A stretch of DNA of 64,000 nucleotides from assembly GCA_964637695.1 (NCBI GenBank), contig CAZWVF010000001.1, forward strand, positions 7,445 to 71,444. The letters run 5' to 3'. The notes under the pieces are model-generated. The model was given only the letters and a program-made list of their open reading frames with translations. It made no database searches and had not been told where the DNA came from. Both the position numbers and the translations under genes were made by a program. Positions 62,236 to 64,000 of the stretch are shown here, one piece after another. Positions within the stretch are counted from its first letter, which is position 1; each line of letters opens with the position of its first letter. Source of the stretch: an uncultured Gemmatimonadota bacterium. GTDB lineage: Bacteria > Blakebacterota > Blakebacteria > Blakebacterales > Blakebacteraceae.

Positions 62236-62251
62236 TATTGGAAGGCCGGTC

Positions 62252-63430
62252 ATGATTTCCCGTCTATTATCCCGTGTCACGTTCTTCTGTCTTCTAGTCG
62301 CCTGCGCCAAAACCACTTCACATCAGGTGATTCAGACTGAACGCGATGGTGTTCCTCTGATTAGAACCGTAGGTGGTCCACGTTATGAGGGGCCGATCTT
62401 CGAACTCGTTCCTGATCTGGTGTTAGGGATTGATGAGGGTGAACCGGAATGGCAGATCTTCGGATCGCTCCAGACACTTTTCTCTCCTGATGGAAGGATG
62501 GTGTTGGGAGATTGGCGAAGACATGAACTCTTCATCGTCTCACGTGAAGGTGAGTTACTTCACCGATTGGGAGGAGAAGGAGCTGGTCCAGGTGAGTTCA
62601 GAAACCTCTGGCTCATGCACTGGATAGAACCCGGTGAGGAATTCTGGGTTGAGGACCAGACACTCGTGCGCATCAATCACTTCTCAATGGATGGAGAATA
62701 TCTGGGTTCTTTCAGCCGCGCCCCCCTGATGACCAGGAATATCTTCATTGGGATATTAGGCAAGGACAGGTTTCTGGGCTGGTATGGAGATCGCCGGGGA
62801 GAAGAGAGAGTCAGTGTATATGGTTTTCTCAACGCTGATTTGGAGTGGGACAGGGATTTCATGACTGTTCGGTCATCTCCAAGTTTCAAGACCGGGCAGA
62901 ACTCATACCGTCCCATACCCTTCACGACCGGTGAATCATGCACGACTACACCCGATGGACGCATCCTGGTCTCTCGACCAGATGAAGGACAAATCGCTTT
63001 GTATTCGGCAGAGGGCAAACTCCTCAGATATATCGAACGGGAATGGGAGATAGCACCCGTAACCAATAAGGAAAAGGAAGACATCCGTAATCGGTTCAGG
63101 GCTTCATCCAGCCAGGAATTTCGCACTATGGCTGCAACCATGCCATTCCCCGACAACTATCCACCTTTCAGAAGAGCGACAATGGATGACCGGGGATGGA
63201 TCTGGGTTGAGCATCAACCCAGAGGATTATATCTGAGTATCGCTGGACCGAGAACTTACGACATATTCAATTCCGATGGAGTATGGCTCGGTACACAGCA
63301 ATTCGATGGCTTGATAAAAGTAAGCGGAGACTATGTATACCGTCAGTACGATGCTGAATCAGGTGCACCGCGTCTCGAGCGGTTCATTCTGAAATTACTC
63401 GTCGATGAATACAGAGGCCCGTCCCAATGA
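62252..63430 (+). CDS. NHL-repeat / 6-bladed beta-propeller lipoprotein (paralog 4)
   Basis: Lipobox LVAC and motif GGEGAGPGEFRNLW. Confidence 0.7.
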   Translation: MISRLLSRVTFFCLLVACAKTTSHQVIQTERDGVPLIRTVGGPRYEGPIFELVPDLVLGIDEGEPEWQIFGSLQTLFSPDGRMVLGDWRRHELFIVSREGELLHRLGGEGAGPGEFRNLWLMHWIEPGEEFWVEDQTLVRINHFSMDGEYLGSFSRAPLMTRNIFIGILGKDRFLGWYGDRRGEERVSVYGFLNADLEWDRDFMTVRSSPSFKTGQNSYRPIPFTTGESCTTTPDGRILVSRPDEGQIALYSAEGKLLRYIEREWEIAPVTNKEKEDIRNRFRASSSQEFRTMAATMPFPDNYPPFRRATMDDRGWIWVEHQPRGLYLSIAGPRTYDIFNSDGVWLGTQQFDGLIKVSGDYVYRQYDAESGAPRLERFILKLLVDEYRGPSQ

Positions 63431-63840
63431 GAATTCGAATAATTTCCTTTTCAAGTCTTTTCTTTGTCTTATCCATCACACTGCTGCCTGCTTGTGGATC
63501 AAGGCAACAATCCGCCACACACAGATTCGAAGTCAGTAATGAAAACGGTGTCCCGGTGGCTATCTCTACAGGTGGTCCCAGTTACAATGCTCCAGTCTTC
63601 TCTTTCGAGTTCCTCTTTAGATTAGAACAGGATGAATCCCGCGAAGAGACACTCCTCTTTGGGTTTAACTGGTATATGGTTGGTGAGGATGGCCGTTTCT
63701 ATGTAACCGACACAGGAAGCCAGCGGATCGTTATTTTCGATTCGGATGGTAAATACAGCCATAGTCTGGGTCGTGGAGGGCAGGAACCAGCGACTGGTGT
63801 GCGCCGATCGTTATCTGGGACACCTGGACTGTTCACCTGA
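63427..63840 (+). pseudogene. Truncated NHL/beta-propeller lipoprotein (paralog 5); homology ends abruptly
   Basis: Lipobox LPAC. Colinear with paralog 4 up to GRGGQ. The expected GPGEF motif is then replaced by EPATGVRRSLSGTPGLFT*. ATGA overlap with paralog 4. Confidence 0.5.
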
Positions 63841-64000
63841 CAGTAATAGACTGGGCTTTCGCTCGAACCATAATTATGACCCTGATGGATCTTTGAGCCC
63901 ATTGACTGCATACGAGATTTACGTGATTGATATTGATTCGGGAGGGATCAGGCGTCTGACAACAAACGAATCGCTGGACCACAGCCCTGCTTGGTGGTGA
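63746..64000 (+). CDS. PD40 (TolB-like WD40-like beta-propeller) repeat fragment in a different frame, at the window edge
   Basis: LDCSPDSNRLGFRSNHNYDPDGSLSPLTAYEIYVIDIDSGGIRRLTTNESLDHSPAWW fits the PD40 consensus (SPDG..laF...dG...iyv.d.dgg..rrLT......P.wS). The preceding 20 codons overlap paralog 5 in another frame. Context is cut off by the window. Confidence 0.35.
   Translation: MVNTAIVWVVEGRNQRLVCADRYLGHLDCSPDSNRLGFRSNHNYDPDGSLSPLTAYEIYVIDIDSGGIRRLTTNESLDHSPAWW

Overview
High-GC (~60%) bacterial chromosome segment that is mostly conserved housekeeping operons. The gene set is lipoprotein-rich and includes an OmpH/Skp chaperone, exbB-exbD-exbD-tonB, paired FtsX permeases and beta-propeller lipoproteins. 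From that I infer a member of or relative of the FCB group; this is an inference and no rRNA is present to confirm it. Layout: (1) 1-12.5 kb, minus strand: a complete nuoA-M operon with nuoEFG present. NuoG is a short 555-aa form and NuoM carries an unusual acidic C-terminal tail encoded by an 18-bp tandem repeat. (2) 12.8-24.4 kb, plus strand: an RND efflux locus with two tandem TolC-like outer-membrane factors, one periplasmic adaptor and two tandem, translationally coupled RND pumps (MdtABC-like). (3) 24.4-32.7 kb: an OmpH/Skp-family gene, an internally deleted MBL-fold hydrolase remnant, then yhaM, topA, xerC, hslV, hslU and argF. xerC-hslV-hslU matches the B. subtilis codV-clpQ-clpY arrangement. 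(4) 32.8-44.3 kb: a beta-barrel OMP and a TPR protein on the minus strand. These are followed by exbB-exbD-exbD-tonB-yip1 and a TolC-HlyD-ABC ATPase-FtsX-FtsX exporter. (5) 44.6-54.6 kb: ribD-ribE-ribBA-ribH-nusB, a metallophosphoesterase, secA, a GT9 N-domain-only protein, a GT9 glycosyltransferase and a CarD-family regulator. (6) 54.6-64 kb: a lower-GC (~50%) region of lipoprotein genes. It ends in a tandem array of five diverged NHL/6-bladed beta-propeller lipoprotein paralogs with decaying fragments. The most notable unannotated signal is a pair of ~180-bp intergenic repeat elements (33729-33907 and 38146-38324) in the same orientation. Each folds into a long closing stem plus three inner helices. 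The two copies differ by compensatory base-pair changes in three helices. That is the signature of a selected RNA secondary structure, either a novel structured ncRNA or an ERIC/Correia-like structured repeat. The two copies bracket the TPR-exbBD-tonB-yip1 module. No tRNA, rRNA, CRISPR array or recognisable transposase was found. Many reverse-strand ORFs in the track are high-GC artefacts.
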